64,000 nucleotides of DNA from Malacoraja senta (Eukaryota): positions 248,001 through 312,000 of the forward strand of contig JAXLNO010000079.1 in NCBI GenBank assembly GCA_038087875.1, read 5' to 3'. The notes under the pieces were generated by a model that had not been told where the DNA came from, did no database searches, and was given only the letters and a program-made list of their open reading frames with translations. A program made the translations under genes and the position numbers. This document shows, one piece after another, positions 23,713 through 35,975 of the stretch; the stretch's first letter is position 1; each line of letters opens with the position of its first letter.

Positions 23713-25099
23713 ATTTTGAGACTGGCTGCTCCATTTTGCATCCTGAATATACTTTTGCTCAAAAATTTGAGGTGTCTTAACCAACAAATAATCTGTATCA
23801 CAACCACCATGTTCTGGAACTACAGTTTAACCCCCCCCCCCCCCCCCCCCCCCCAATTCACAAATTTAAACTTCTCATCCATGTGCTTAAATCATTCCAT
23901 AGTCTCTCACTCAGCAGTGGCTGGCTTATATTGCCAATACATTAATTGTGAAGAACAAGAATGGTTCTCTTTGCCCGTGTGCTGGTCATAAAAGAACCTT
24001 TCTTCTGTAAGTAACCACATGACCACTCCTAAACATTATAGCCAGGAGCTGCAGTAAAATACTACGATAATTAACATTACAAAGTAATTTGTACATTTAT
24101 ATGCCTTTGGGTGTGAAGCAATCTACAGGGAAAATAGGAATCAAGTTTCAAGAGGAACAGTACATATGTAGGTTGAAGTGGAAGCATTTTCTGTCACTGC
24201 TTTCTCCAGAAAGAATTGAGAACATTTTGAAATATCAAAAGCTTTGAGGCCAGTTTTTTTCCACGGGGGAAGGACGACAGAATAAAGTATGTTTCCCAGT
24301 GTTCATTCAGCTTCTGAGAGGGCCAACAGTAAAGTCAGCCTTGCCCATTGGTGAAAGCAGTTTCATTCATTTGAATTTGACCTCGTTGAGACATCTGTGA
24401 GTTGCACCATCTGTTGAATTGTTCAGTCCACCTTCACCCATCCTTTCCCACCGACCTCTCACTGTCTTCATATCCAGGTCAAACATAGAGGTGCCAGCAT
24501 GGTGAGCTACCATTCCAGTAATAAGACATTCCTAACTATCCTTGTTACATAACCAGAACCTGATTCTTTTTTCATATGTGAAAGAATTTTGGGCTTTAAA
24601 ATGTAATAGTTCATACATTTTGCAATATTACTGATGCCACTTGAGTTATTACGTAGGTGTGAGGTTATTTTACTTTTGGATGAAATATAATTATCATCTT
24701 GGTCATACATGAAAGAGTTCTCATAATTTAACTCTAACGGGTTTAATTCCTTAGCCCCAAGGTCATCCTGCTCCAGGGATATATTTATGTATATACTAGA
24801 CTAAGTGGGACCCGTTGGGTCCCATGTTCACATGGGAGGGCTGGTCCCCCAACACAATATTCCACCTCTCCACCAATTCCAATATTGGTGGCCAGTGGGG
24901 GGGGTGGGGCTTTCTGGAGCGCTGGTATGGGTGTTGTGGGCTGAAGGGACTGGTCTCCAGAGGGCTAGTATGGATATTGTGGGGCAAATGGATTCTTGGG
25001 GTGGCAGCTCAGTCCCTCAAGCCTGATGTGCTGGCAGCTCACTCACGGCTGGTGGGCTAGCAGTTGACTCGCGGCGATTCTTTGAAATTCCATTTCAAG

Positions 25100-25441
25100 T
25101 AGGGTGCAAGGCCACGAAATTCAAATCCATTTTCCTACCATTTCAAGCAGGGTGCAAGGCCACCAAATTCAAGTGCAGTTTCTTACCACTTCAAGCAGGG
25201 TGCAAGGCCACCAAATTCAAGTGCAGTTTCATACCACTTCAAGCAGGGTGCAAGACCACCAAATTCAAGTGCAGTTTCCTACCACTTCAAGCAGGGTGCA
25301 AGGCCACCGAATTCAAGTGCAGTTTCATACCACTTCAAGCAGGGCGCAAGGCCACCAAATTCAAATGCAGTTTCATACCATTTCATGCAGGGTGCAAGGC
25401 CACCACATTCAAATGCAGTTTCATACCATTTCAAGCAGGGT
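25100..25441. repeat. 48-bp tandem repeat (~7 copies) inside Helitron
   Basis: Unit aagcagggtgcaaggccaccaaattcaagtgcagtttcataccacttc, seen as 16-aa periodicity in ORF 25104..25454. Confidence 0.92.
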
Positions 25442-25820
25442 GAAACCACCATAAAACCACACAAAACACCACACTCACAATTCAGTAGACATTCAGTGTG
25501 TTCAGTTGATTCACAGCTCAGACAGAGTCGTGACCTCTCCCTCCCCCATCATGCAGAGACTGAGCCACACCCACACTTCCGGGTTTTATAATCCCTCCCA
25601 CTGGAAAAGGTGTGGCCTTCATGGCGTGATTGACAGGAGAGAGATTCTCAACATTTTTTAAACACTAATAACACTTTTATTTTTCATTGATGGGAAGAAT
25701 CCTCTGCACCTGATGAGCGGAGGGGGACTGAGTAAGATGGCCAAAAATCACAGCCGTAAGTGTGATTTATCTAAAATCAATATACAGTGCAAACAGGAAG
25801 TTGTCAAGTTTAGACCACCA

Positions 25821-25990
25821 ACCATTTGCAGTGCTTTTACTTCAACTCAAACCGCCACCAGCCATTTGCAGTGCTTTTACTTCAACCCAAAACCCCGCCA
25901 GCCATTTGCAGTGCTTTTACTTCGACCCAAAACCCCTCCAGCCATTTGCAGTGCTCTTACTTCAACCCAAAACGCCACCAGCCATTTCAA
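25821..25990. repeat. 40-bp tandem repeat (4+ copies) inside Helitron
   Basis: ccatttgcagtgcttttacttc recurs at 25822, 25862, 25902 and 25942, with a partial copy at 25982. Confidence 0.92.
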
Positions 25991-26382
25991 ACCACATTAA
26001 GGGCACTCAAGGTCAGTAAAACCACACTCACAGTTTAGTAGAAATGCATTGTGTTATTCATGGCTCAGACTGAGAGACGTGACCCTCTCACTTCCCCCCA
26101 TCTTGCAGAGACTGACTGAGACACAACACTTCCGGGTTTTATAGTCCCTCCCCCTCCCACCAGCAGGGGCAGCAGAGAGAATGTCAACATTTTTAAAACA
26201 TTAATAACTCTTTTATGGTTCACCGATGGGAAAAATCCTCTTGTCCTGCACAGCGGAAGGGGTCTCTGTGTAAGCTGGCCAAAAATCACAGCCGTAAGTG
26301 GCAGCGTTTTTTCTAAAATCATGAAACAGAAAAACAGGAAGTGGTCAAGATCTTACTTTTAGTAATATAGATATCTTCTCCA

Positions 26383-26590
26383 AGAAAGAACTGCAGATGC
26401 TGGTAAAATCGAAGGTAGACACAAAATGCTGGAAAAACTCAGCGGGTGAGGCAGCATCTATGGAGGGAAGGAATTGGCGATGTTTCGGGTCGCAACCTGA
26501 AGAAGGGTCTTGACCCGAAACATCGCTAATTCCTTCTCTCCATAGATGCTGCCGCACCCGCTGAGTTTCTCCAGCATTTTGTGTCTACCT
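26383..26590. repeat. Penelope-derived repeat, fold-back pair with hammerhead-like core
   Basis: aggtagacacaaaatgctgga...gatgtttcgggtc (26413-26491) is inverted at 26512-26590; CTGAAGA at 26497 and GAAA at 26517. Confidence 0.85.
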
Positions 26591-28496
26591 ATATTTTCTC
26601 TATATTTAATGCGCTGATAAGAGACTTTTGTGTAGCAAGGACAGAGACATTTATTTTGAAATGATTCAGGTTTATTCCAGTCAAGTAAAGAAAGAAGCTT
26701 CATGTAAAATGGGGTAGACACTGAGTTCTTCACAGGTTGCTCTGGAGTGTATGAAAATCACAGCATGCCAGAGGATATTACCCAAGTGCCTTTATGAAAA
26801 GCATTAAAAGGTAGAAGAGGAATGTGATGCAGGCAAAGATTTCTGTAATGTGGGATCATAAAATTGAACAAATTATCCCTTATTAAAATCTTTGCCTCCA
26901 TGAAAGAACATAATCTTTGTTTTCCTAATATGCAAACATTTTTATGGTTCTATTTATAATTTTTATGTCATCTGATTAAAGAACAGACTAGCATATGTTA
27001 GGATGATAAATGACAAGTATTTTGCTCAGTTTTATTTTGTTTAGAATTCCTGTGCTTCATTTAAATCCATATTGGTGTTTAGGGCCGCTATGTACAAATT
27101 GTTTATGGTTATCCAGGGGAAACCCATTTCAAATGCTTGTCAGCTTGCATGTTGTAAATACAGCCTCTGGTTGATCTGGATTTCAAAATGTTAGTCTGTT
27201 GTTAATTTCTAGAGGCAGAGAATACCATGTTAGAATGTAATTATTCACTTCCACACATTCGGATTAGCAACATTACAGCTTCTGCCATTAGGATGTTATA
27301 TTTAGGGAGCATGATCTTACTGTAATTTTTCAAAGTCTGGAGATGTAAATGCTTTGCAGCAATATAAATGTGTCGCAGGTTTTAAAATCAAGAGACTTAG
27401 TTTTGCTTTGCATTTAAACATATATTGTGCACTTTGAAGATTAAAATGAACTAAAAATTCCTCTTGTTTAAATGATGGAACAAAAAGCACTATAAGAAAT
27501 TGCTCTTTGCAGCAGTGAATTGCCAATCATTTTCAGAACCTAATAAGTTGTTCTAAGCCACCAGAGATTTGAAAGCCTCGTGTCACTCATTTGGCCCTTA
27601 CTCTGCGAGGAAATGAAATGAATGATAAATGTAAAACTGGCGTGCAGAGTAAATGACATGGTCCAGTCAAGTAAAGATAACCATTCTCAATGTTACCGTC
27701 GGGTCTTGTGTAATTTCATTATGTTGCACTAATGATGAATGTGTCTGGTAATATTAATTTGTCTCTATTTTGACATCTCCAGGCATTCGTCCCAATTTAA
27801 CACCTGCTTCACCAAGACGTATTTTTTGCCTCTCCACACTGCAGTTTCAGATCACCACATTTACGTAGGAATTCTTTGACTGCCTGAATAAGTAGAGTCA
27901 GCCAATAGCCGGTTATTGAAGCTCGCTATATCATTATTTTTCTCTGAACATTTTGCAAACTGAAGTCCTTTGAGATTTGTAATTTAGAAGCATTTACAAG
28001 AATCATCAGTGCACTACATTTCTTTCATGGATTATATAACTTTCCCGTTAGGATCGTGGCATTCATTGGGGTAGAGTTACCCTACTCCAATGCGTTGATC
28101 AGGTGAACACACAGTGGTTCTTGATTTCCATACTCTGGGCAAGAGACAAAAGACATAGGTTTTGGGTGGTGGGGGTGGGGGAGGGGGGTGCAAGATTTGG
28201 AAGGAACCTGAGGGGAAACTTGGCACATGGATGTGGTGGGTGAAAAGATTGAGCTACTGGAGGAGGTACTTGAGGCAGGTACTGCGATTTGCATTTTAAA
28301 TGCTGATTTACATTTCATCTAACTTGTCAATTAAAAGATCAGACAAAAATTGAGAGTTGGAGACACTTGCAGAAAAGCCAGAAGGGTTGGAGAACCGAAA
28401 TGAAAACTTTGTAAAACCATCCAAATAATCAGCGTCCATTTGAAACGCTAAAGTCCAGACACATTGTCCAACTTGTTTTTGTTCAAATGTCAAATT

Positions 28497-28655
28497 AGTC
28501 TGAAGAAGGATCCCAACCTGAAACGTCACCTATCCATGTTCTCCACGGATGCTGCCTGACCCGCTGAGTTACTCCAGCACTCTGTGAAACATCACCTATC
28601 CATGTTCTCCACAGATGCTGCCTGACCCGCTAAGTTACTCCAGCACTTTGTGTCT
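28497..28655 (+). repeat. Penelope-derived repeat with ~66-bp tandem duplication
   Basis: ctgaagaaggatcccaacctgaaacgtc followed by two copies of gaaac.tcacctatccatgttctccac.gatgctgcctgacccgct.agttactccagcact. Confidence 0.8.
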
Positions 28656-29039
28656 TCTGTTTAGATGTCAACATTGCTTTAACTAAAGTGTTCACTTATA
28701 TCTGAACTCTGATTCACTTCATGAGGAATTTGCTTCTCCGTATATGTTCAAACCTGTGCTGCTGCCTCTGTTGGAAAGTAGGACAAGTCTTCACGATGAG
28801 TCAACATCTAGAACGGGCTTGCAACTATATTTACCACCTGTGGACTCATGGAAAATTAATGCAATTTTAAACCTGCAATTGTCAATCCAGAAGAAATTCC
28901 AATTTATTAGTTGCTGAAAATTGACACAGTTGCTGGCCTAAAACTGAAACGGTGGAAGATTTGATCTATAACTTTTTTTAAACGGCTTGCAAGATCCAAT
29001 TTTTAGCGTTTTAAAAATGATAGACTTAACATTCCATGT

Positions 29040-29224
29040 TTAAGAAAGTACCACAGATGCTGGAAAAATCGAAGGTAGACAAAAATGCTGGAGAAACTCA
29101 GCGGGTGAGGCAGCATCTATGGAGAAAAGGAATAGGCAACGTTTTGGGTCAACACCCTTCTTCAGACAGGTCTCGACCTGAAACTCCACCTATTCCTTCG
29201 CTCCATAGATGCTGCCTCACCCGA
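29040..29224. repeat. Penelope-derived repeat, fold-back pair
   Basis: gcgggtgaggcagcatctatggag...ggaatagg is inverted as cctattccttcgctccatagatgctgcctcacccg. Confidence 0.8.
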
Positions 29225-29984
29225 CTTAACATTCCATGGTGCATTTCTTGTAGCAGGATTTGAAAAGCTGGAATAGCTCGAGATATAACCATACGCCCTG
29301 CCCTGATTGAATTTTTGGATAATTACGTTAATTGCATTCTCAGAGTTGTCTACCAGAGGTGACCCTCATGCAAGCATTGAAAATGGATGCAAAATGCTCT
29401 TAATATTCATAGCTCTGGTCCAGTTGATTAATTGAAGCCTTTGGAAAGGGTCACAAGTTGTTATTCCTGTCATGAATTCTAATAGCACCCTGCCCAGTGG
29501 CATGGAGTGCCACCAGCCATGAAATGCCTCAATCAATTAGATCCCAAGACAGTTGGAGAATGCAACATTCAAATCAGTGGTGGAAATAAATTATGCAAAT
29601 GTTATTTTGTTTTTTGTTCTGCACTTTGACTGCAGTTTAAAATCCTGTTAAAGTGGTGTGTCCCCCAACCCATGCCCCTTTTAACCTCATTCAACATGCA
29701 CCATTGTCACCGACTTCTCTACACCATCTGAAGGTTGTCGACCCCAAAGATCATAAAGCTCTAGTTCCTTCAGTTCCTCTCCTCTGATTCCCAGTTAATT
29801 CTCACGATAAAATTCACAGTGGTCTTTGTCCTGTGTAGTCATTTTAAAAGAAATTGGTGCCATAGTCACTATTTCTGTATAAAACAAATCAAGACGTCAG
29901 TATAAAACATCACCTAATTTCATTCACTTTGTAAAAGTAACAGCAATCAGAAGATTGCTGGGAAAAAATCAACCATTATTATTG

Positions 29985-30260
29985 GTTTATTATTGTCACG
30001 TGGACTGAGATACAGTGAAAAGCTTTGTTTAGCATGATATGCCAACAGATCATATAATACTATACATAAATACAATCAAGCCCAACTCAAGTACAGTAGG
30101 TAGAGCAAAGGGGGAGAGTGCAGAATATAGTTCTCAGCATTGTAGGGCATCCGTTCCAGAGACAAAGTCCAACGTCCGCAATGGGGTAGAGATGAATCGG
30201 ACAGTACCCTAGCTTATGGAAGGACAGATAACAAAGGGGACGAAGTTGTTCCTGAATCTG
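29985..30260 (-). mobile_element. Non-LTR retroelement 3' UTR fragment (L2/Rex1-like); a second copy lies at ~37659-37865
   Basis: Starts tttattattgtcacg (reverse of an aataaa-type tail). Shares tacaa.caag..aactcaagtaca.tagg..gagcaaagggg...gtaccctagcttatggaagg with 37700-37864. Confidence 0.55.
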
Positions 30261-31467
30261 ATTGATCTAATTGGTCCATGTTATTGGAATCTGTGCTAAA
30301 ATAAATAAACATAATTTTAAGGCACAAATTCTCTGGTCCATTTCTAATCCAAATAAGGAGGGATCTTGGAGGTACTAATTCAAGAGATTGTCAATATTGG
30401 GATTACCAAAAGCAAGTATCATTCGGCTGTCCACACTAAAGCTCACCAGGGAATTCAGACTTAATGTAGTAGGAATGAAGGCAGTCAGTCAGTGTGGAAA
30501 ACGCCCCTTTTTCATTAAGTCCTGTGCTGAAGGAAACTGAGGAGGTTGTTCTCATTGACATCAGAAAAACTTTGAATCTAATCATTAGAGACTCGTGAGA
30601 GAAGAATGCATTTTCCACCTCAGTTAACTTTCTAACTCTAGAATTATAATTTTCATACTACCACTGGGGGCAATTTTCAGAGGTGGGGTATTATTGGAAG
30701 TGAACTGGCTATAACTGTATGCTGGGACTCTTCAAATTAAAGCTACAAAGGCCAAGAGATAATTCAATGAGCTGTAATTAAATAATCAATTGCTTGCAAT
30801 AATTGGTGAGTTGTCAAAGAGATGCAAACATTTAAGATGTTTACAAATGGAATAAAAAACTAGGTTAAAAAGATTGGAAGATAGACACAAAAAGCTGGAA
30901 TAACTCAGCGGGACAGGCAGCATTTTAGAAGATTAGAAGGTGGATGGGTGGGATGTGAAACTACTGCTGCAAACGGATACTTAAAGGGTAACGATTGTTG
31001 CTCACGAAAGGGAAATGTAACGTGTCATCAAGGTCATGTTTTGTGCAGGGATTGGCGGTGAGCAATGTTGGCATGGTTGCATCTCATGCAGAACTACATG
31101 TGTCTGCGCTGATACTCATTGGATTTTTTCTTTGTTGATAAACGTGGTTTGAACATCACCATAATATATAATCTAATTTGTGGCCAGTGATGTATTTGTA
31201 TAATGTACAATGACTCACAGCAGTACTCCATCATTCGCCTTAATACCCAATGCCCTTTGGCACACAGTGTGTTATTAAGATTACAACTGAGAAAAGAATT
31301 CTTGACCTTTTTAAAATGTCTCCTTGAATAAGCCAGAGGCAAATGGTCCGTGCCATTTCATGGAAACACTTTCACAATTATTGTCATCGGATCATTATTT
31401 GGATGCACAATTTCGTGAATACTCACTAATACACATTGGTATTAAAATATATCTGTTGCTTTCACAG

Positions 31468-31592
31468 CTGGTGTTGTTTACGGGCAAACTGAATACAATT
31501 GCTGGAATCGTGACCATCTTCTTTCTGCTGGTCTATGCAGCCGTGGATCTCGCCTGCCTAGCTCTCGAATGGGCCTCCGCACCAAATTTCAG
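31468..31592 (+). CDS. SLC12A9: Next internal coding exon of SLC12A9
   Basis: Acceptor ctgttgctttcacag| and donor AG|GTAGGA at 31593. The 125-bp exon reads [41 protein letters not shown](R); the '[11 protein letters not shown]' motif is characteristic of SLC12A9. Confidence 0.93.
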
Positions 31593-33227
31593 GTAGGAAA
31601 TTGGGCACTGATAAATAAATAATACTTAGTACGTCCTGAGGTTTTTATATTTCTCAACTAAAAATAATTTATGGGAAATAAGGTTCTGAGAATCAGATTT
31701 AATATGCAAAAGTGAAAGAAAGAAAAGCAAAATTCAAAATATGCTGGAAGCCTGAAAGCTAAAAAGAGAGTGATGCAAATATTCTGCTGATTTCCAAGGA
31801 TCTAGAGAGAGCGATTTAGACCAGAACTGTCCACCTTTGTTCTCGGGGGTAGGAAATTCCACAGTCGGAGGCAAGTTTGAGTGAAGGTAACTCTGAATCC
31901 AGCTGTGTACTGCATGCTCAAACAAGATCACAGTTTAAACAAATGTTTGTTTCAGATAGAGTATTCATTTTGGACAGGCGTGTATAATTCTGCAGTCTTC
32001 GACTTGATCATAGATTGTGTAATTTAGAACATTTCTGTGGTTAAATAAAGCTGGTAATCCATATGATGCAAACTTTATTTTTCTAATTTAAGATTCCTAG
32101 ATAGCTGTGAAGCATTCTCTCTCTCCACTAACAAACCTACATGGCTCTATTTGCTGATCACTAACTGACTGTATTCATGCTGCTAACCTTCTTGGATGAA
32201 GGAGCAGTGATGTTACGGACCAATGAAGAGCCACTCTTCAAACCCACAGGGCAGGAAACCATAGTATTATTTTATAGGGACACAATGTGCTGGGTTATTT
32301 TAAGTGTCACGGTATTCAGTAGCAGCTCTAGTTGAATTTCTGGTCAAGGTTAACTCCCCAGATGCTATTGGTGTGGGCCTGTGCCACAGTAATGCCGTTG
32401 AGAAAGGGCGTGTGGTCAGAGGTTTTAGCTGGAAAGGGACATGTCCTGACCCTTGTGTGGCCTTTGTTTCAACTTGCCACGTACCAGCCAATCGTGTACA
32501 GGTGTTGAGAATCAAAACAAGCTGCAAATGCAGGAAATCCGATATAAAAACAAAGTGTTTGGGGAAAAGTCAGTTGGTCAGGCGGTGTGTGTAGAATCAG
32601 AAAGTGCCAATGTTCTGGATATGCCACCTTTCATCAGGATGTTCCGACCTGATGGGTTTTCCAGCATTTAGTGTTTTTGTATCTTGGGTGTGGTTGTATG
32701 TGGCAAGGACTGCTTCATTCTCTGAACAGTTGCATATGGAATTGAATGTTGTGCAATCTGTGGACAAGATTCAACATTAAGGAAGGTCAGCGATGAGGCC
32801 GTTGTGTATCGGACCCTGCCTTGAAGGACTCTTACATTTGTGACCGTGTACTGTGACTTCCCAACATCCTCAACCAACTTCCTTTGAATACGATTAGTCA
32901 GTGGAGAATTATGAAGCTGGATTTGCATCGGTTTCACTCCCATTTCCTGAGGCCACAACTGCTGCCTTGGTGATAAAGTAGTTGGTCTTTCCTCTGCACA
33001 TTTACGCAGTTCACCTCGTTGGTCTGTGTTCGGACTGGGGTTGCCGTTCACTGCCAGGTGTTTCAGCTGAAGCCCAACATTGAGTGGAGGGTTTTGGTGA
33101 ACAAACCCATTTGATAACATTCTTACTGCCCCTCCGAATGTCTGGATAAGAACTGACGATGCAGTGAATAACACTGTTGGATTTGTCCATGTGTGGGCTT
33201 CACATAGCTGGCAATTTCTCTGCAGCG

Positions 33228-33883
33228 TAATGTGGGGACAGTCTGGTGTTGTAATGTGGGGACAATCTGGTGTTGTAATGTGGGGACAGTCTGGTGTAAT
33301 GTGGGGACAGTCTGGTGTAATGTGGGGACAGTCTGCTGTAATGTGGGGACAGTCTGGTGTAATGTGGGGACAGTCTGGTGTTGTAATGTGGGGACAATCT
33401 GGTGTAATGTGGGGACAGTCTGGTGTAATGTAGGGACAGTCTGGTGTAATGTGGGGACAGTCTGGTGTAATGTGGGGACAGTCTGGTGTAATGTGGGGAC
33501 AGTCTGGTGTAATGTGGGGACAGTCTGGTGTTGTAATGTGGGGACAGTCTGGTGTAATGTAGGGACAGTCTGGTGTAATGTGGGGACAGTCTGGTGTAAT
33601 GTGGGGACAGTCTGGTGTAATGTGGGGACAGTCTGGTGTAATGTGGGGACAATCTGGTGTAGTGTGGGGACAGTCTGGTGTTGTAATGTGGGGACAGTCT
33701 GGTGTTGTAATGTGGGGACAGTCTGGTGTTGTAATGTGGGGACATTCTGGTGTTGTAATGTGGGGACAATCTGGTGTTGTAATGTGGGGACAGTCTGGTG
33801 TTGTAATGTGGGGACAGTCTGGTGTAATGTGGGGACAGTCTGGTGTTGTAATGTGGGGACAATCTGGTGTTGTAATGTGGGGA
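33228..33883. repeat. 21/24-bp minisatellite
   Basis: Unit GTAATGTGGGGACAGTCTGGT(GTT), about 30 copies. Confidence 0.97.
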
Positions 33884-35518
33884 AGGTCCTGATTTTGAAA
33901 GTGAAAAGCTTTGTTTTCCATAGATAGACACAAAAAGCTGGAGGAACTCAGTGGGTCAGGCAGCATTTCTGGAGAGAAGGATTGGCAGGGCTCTCACTTA
34001 ACTTTTTTTCCCTGTTGCCAGCCGGACAACCCTGGCAGCTTTTTAAGTTGCCAAATGACAGTTTAGGTAGTCATTTAAGATGGCTTGCATGACATGTGCG
34101 ATAATGTGCTCGGACGAAGTGCATAGTTACCAGTTGGAATTATACTCAATGAAGCATTCACATATTATTTCTGCTTCAAATAAAATCACAAACTAAACAT
34201 ATTCACCAATCAAGACATGATATATACCACAATGACATGCAGCAGAATTATAATACAGTATCTCAACTCTTTTTACACGTTGCAATGAATGCAATTCCTA
34301 TTATTTCTTTCCACTTCCAAACGAAAATGTGGTTGAATTAGTCAGCGTATGATCAACCTGTGTCAATAAATCCTGGACCATGGTAACATATATGCTTAAC
34401 CATGCACACTACAGATTGATGCAAGCATGTTTTCTGTGAGGGACCGACAATTATGTCATGACCATAGCATGGGTCTTTTCCTCTTGAATCTTCAATCATC
34501 AATCTCTGTTGTGCCCAGTCACAGCAAGGTAAGTTGATAAAGAATTGAATCGATCTGTTTGACACCTTTGAAGGTAGACACAGTAACAACATCAAGAGGG
34601 AAAAATAGATACATAATATATCCCTTCTGCTCTAGGATTTTGTAATTTAAAAGAAATAAAGAGAATGGAAGTGTTCTTTGATTTTCTTTTTCTTGTAACA
34701 TACTTGTTACTGTATTATTATTACCTGACCAGTCCTATACCATACTTTTGAATGTACATAGTACCTCTTTTACTCTGTGCCCACTAAGAAGATGAGTCAT
34801 GGAAGTAGGTTACTATATTGAATCAATCATGGAACTTGGCAAGTGAGATTGCCTGGAAGGGCAATTAAAATGGCTGAAGTGGTTATTTATTTAAATTTTT
34901 TTCGCTGGGGATATCAACGTGAAATGAACAGAAACATTATATTTGTGAGGATTTGTGTAACTTTTCTGCTTGATATTTAAACCATCTCCTGAAAATCAAA
35001 GTAAAGACATGTAAAAGTCACTTTAATTGTCATCTGAGACGCTCTCGAGCAGAGCATCCTCATCATCAGACTTGTCACTGTCAGGGTGAGGTCCCGAGGC
35101 AGATGCTGCAGTTGGGTCTTCTCCCGTGTCAGGCCTCCTTGCCCTCATCCCTCCTGCATGCCACAAGCTGATGGCTGGCCGGGGATCAAAGTCCTTGATG
35201 TTACTGGCATGCAGCATGATGAGGAGCTGGTCCGTCACCTGGTCGTCCTGGAGGGAACTTCTGATGGTGGTCTTCAGCCGGCTGAAGCCTCGTTCAGCCT
35301 CAGCTGAACTTGCCGGTATGGTAAGGACGAGGTCAAGGAAAGTGCAGATGTTGGGTAGCTCTTCTGGTGTGGGACTTCAGGAACACCATGCTCTATCACA
35401 GCAACCCTTTCAGCAACATTACTGTTACTTGGCACTACACTGGAGCATTAGGGGGAGCTTCAATGCCCACATTTCAGGGTGGGTTTCTGATGAAAAAGTG
35501 GGGGAGAACTGGTAAGTG

Positions 35519-35657
35519 AGAGACAGAGAGACAGACAGAGAGAGACAGAGAGAGACAGAGAGAGACAGAGAGAGACAGAAAGAGACAGACAGAGATAGAC
35601 AGAGATGGAGACAGAGACAGAGAGGCAGAGACAGATAGAAAGACAGGGACAAAGACA
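35519..35657. repeat. (AGAC/AGAG)n simple repeat
   Basis: agacagagagagacagacagag array. Confidence 0.9.
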
Positions 35658-35751
35658 GGTACATGGATAGGACCGGTTTGGAGGGATATGGACCAAACGC
35701 GGGCAGGTGTCTTTGCAGTTTCTCTCCCCCTCCCGTGTGGTGAGGGATTTA

Positions 35752-35975
35752 AGAGCCTGTCCCACTTGGGCGACATTTTCGGCGACAGCCTGAAAAGAGG
35801 TTGTCGCATCATAATCGGGTCGTGACGCATGTGGTGACGCGCGGGTGACGCTCGGTGTCTCCCTGTCGCCCCTGGATTTTGGAATGTTCAAAATCCTGGG
35901 GCGACATTTGGGTGTCTCATCATGTCGTGCGCCTTGTCACACGCTGATGTATGCTGTCCTGCGGGTGACGCCCGG
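35752..35975. mobile_element. MITE-like fragment of the 'gcctgtcccactt' family
   Basis: ttaagagcctgtcccacttgggcgacattttcggcgac; same terminus as 37213 and 63410. Confidence 0.55.

Larger units (their letters stand above)
24796..26371 (-). mobile_element. Non-autonomous Helitron (copy 2) with internal 48-bp and 40-bp tandem arrays
   Basis: - strand 5' TCTATATTACTAAAAG ... 3' CTAG; perfect 8-bp hairpin TGGGACCC-gtt-GGGTCCCA (24806-24824); A|T insertion site with no TSD. Confidence 0.85.

Noticed and set aside
31324..31596. 90-aa ORF as a stand-alone gene
   Set aside because: Only 31468-31592 is exonic; the upstream part is intron read-through.
32668..33966. ORFs with PHITPDC / CNVGTVW repeats; CRISPR-like regularity
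   Set aside because: Head-to-tail 21/24-bp minisatellite without unique spacers; eukaryotic context, no cas genes.
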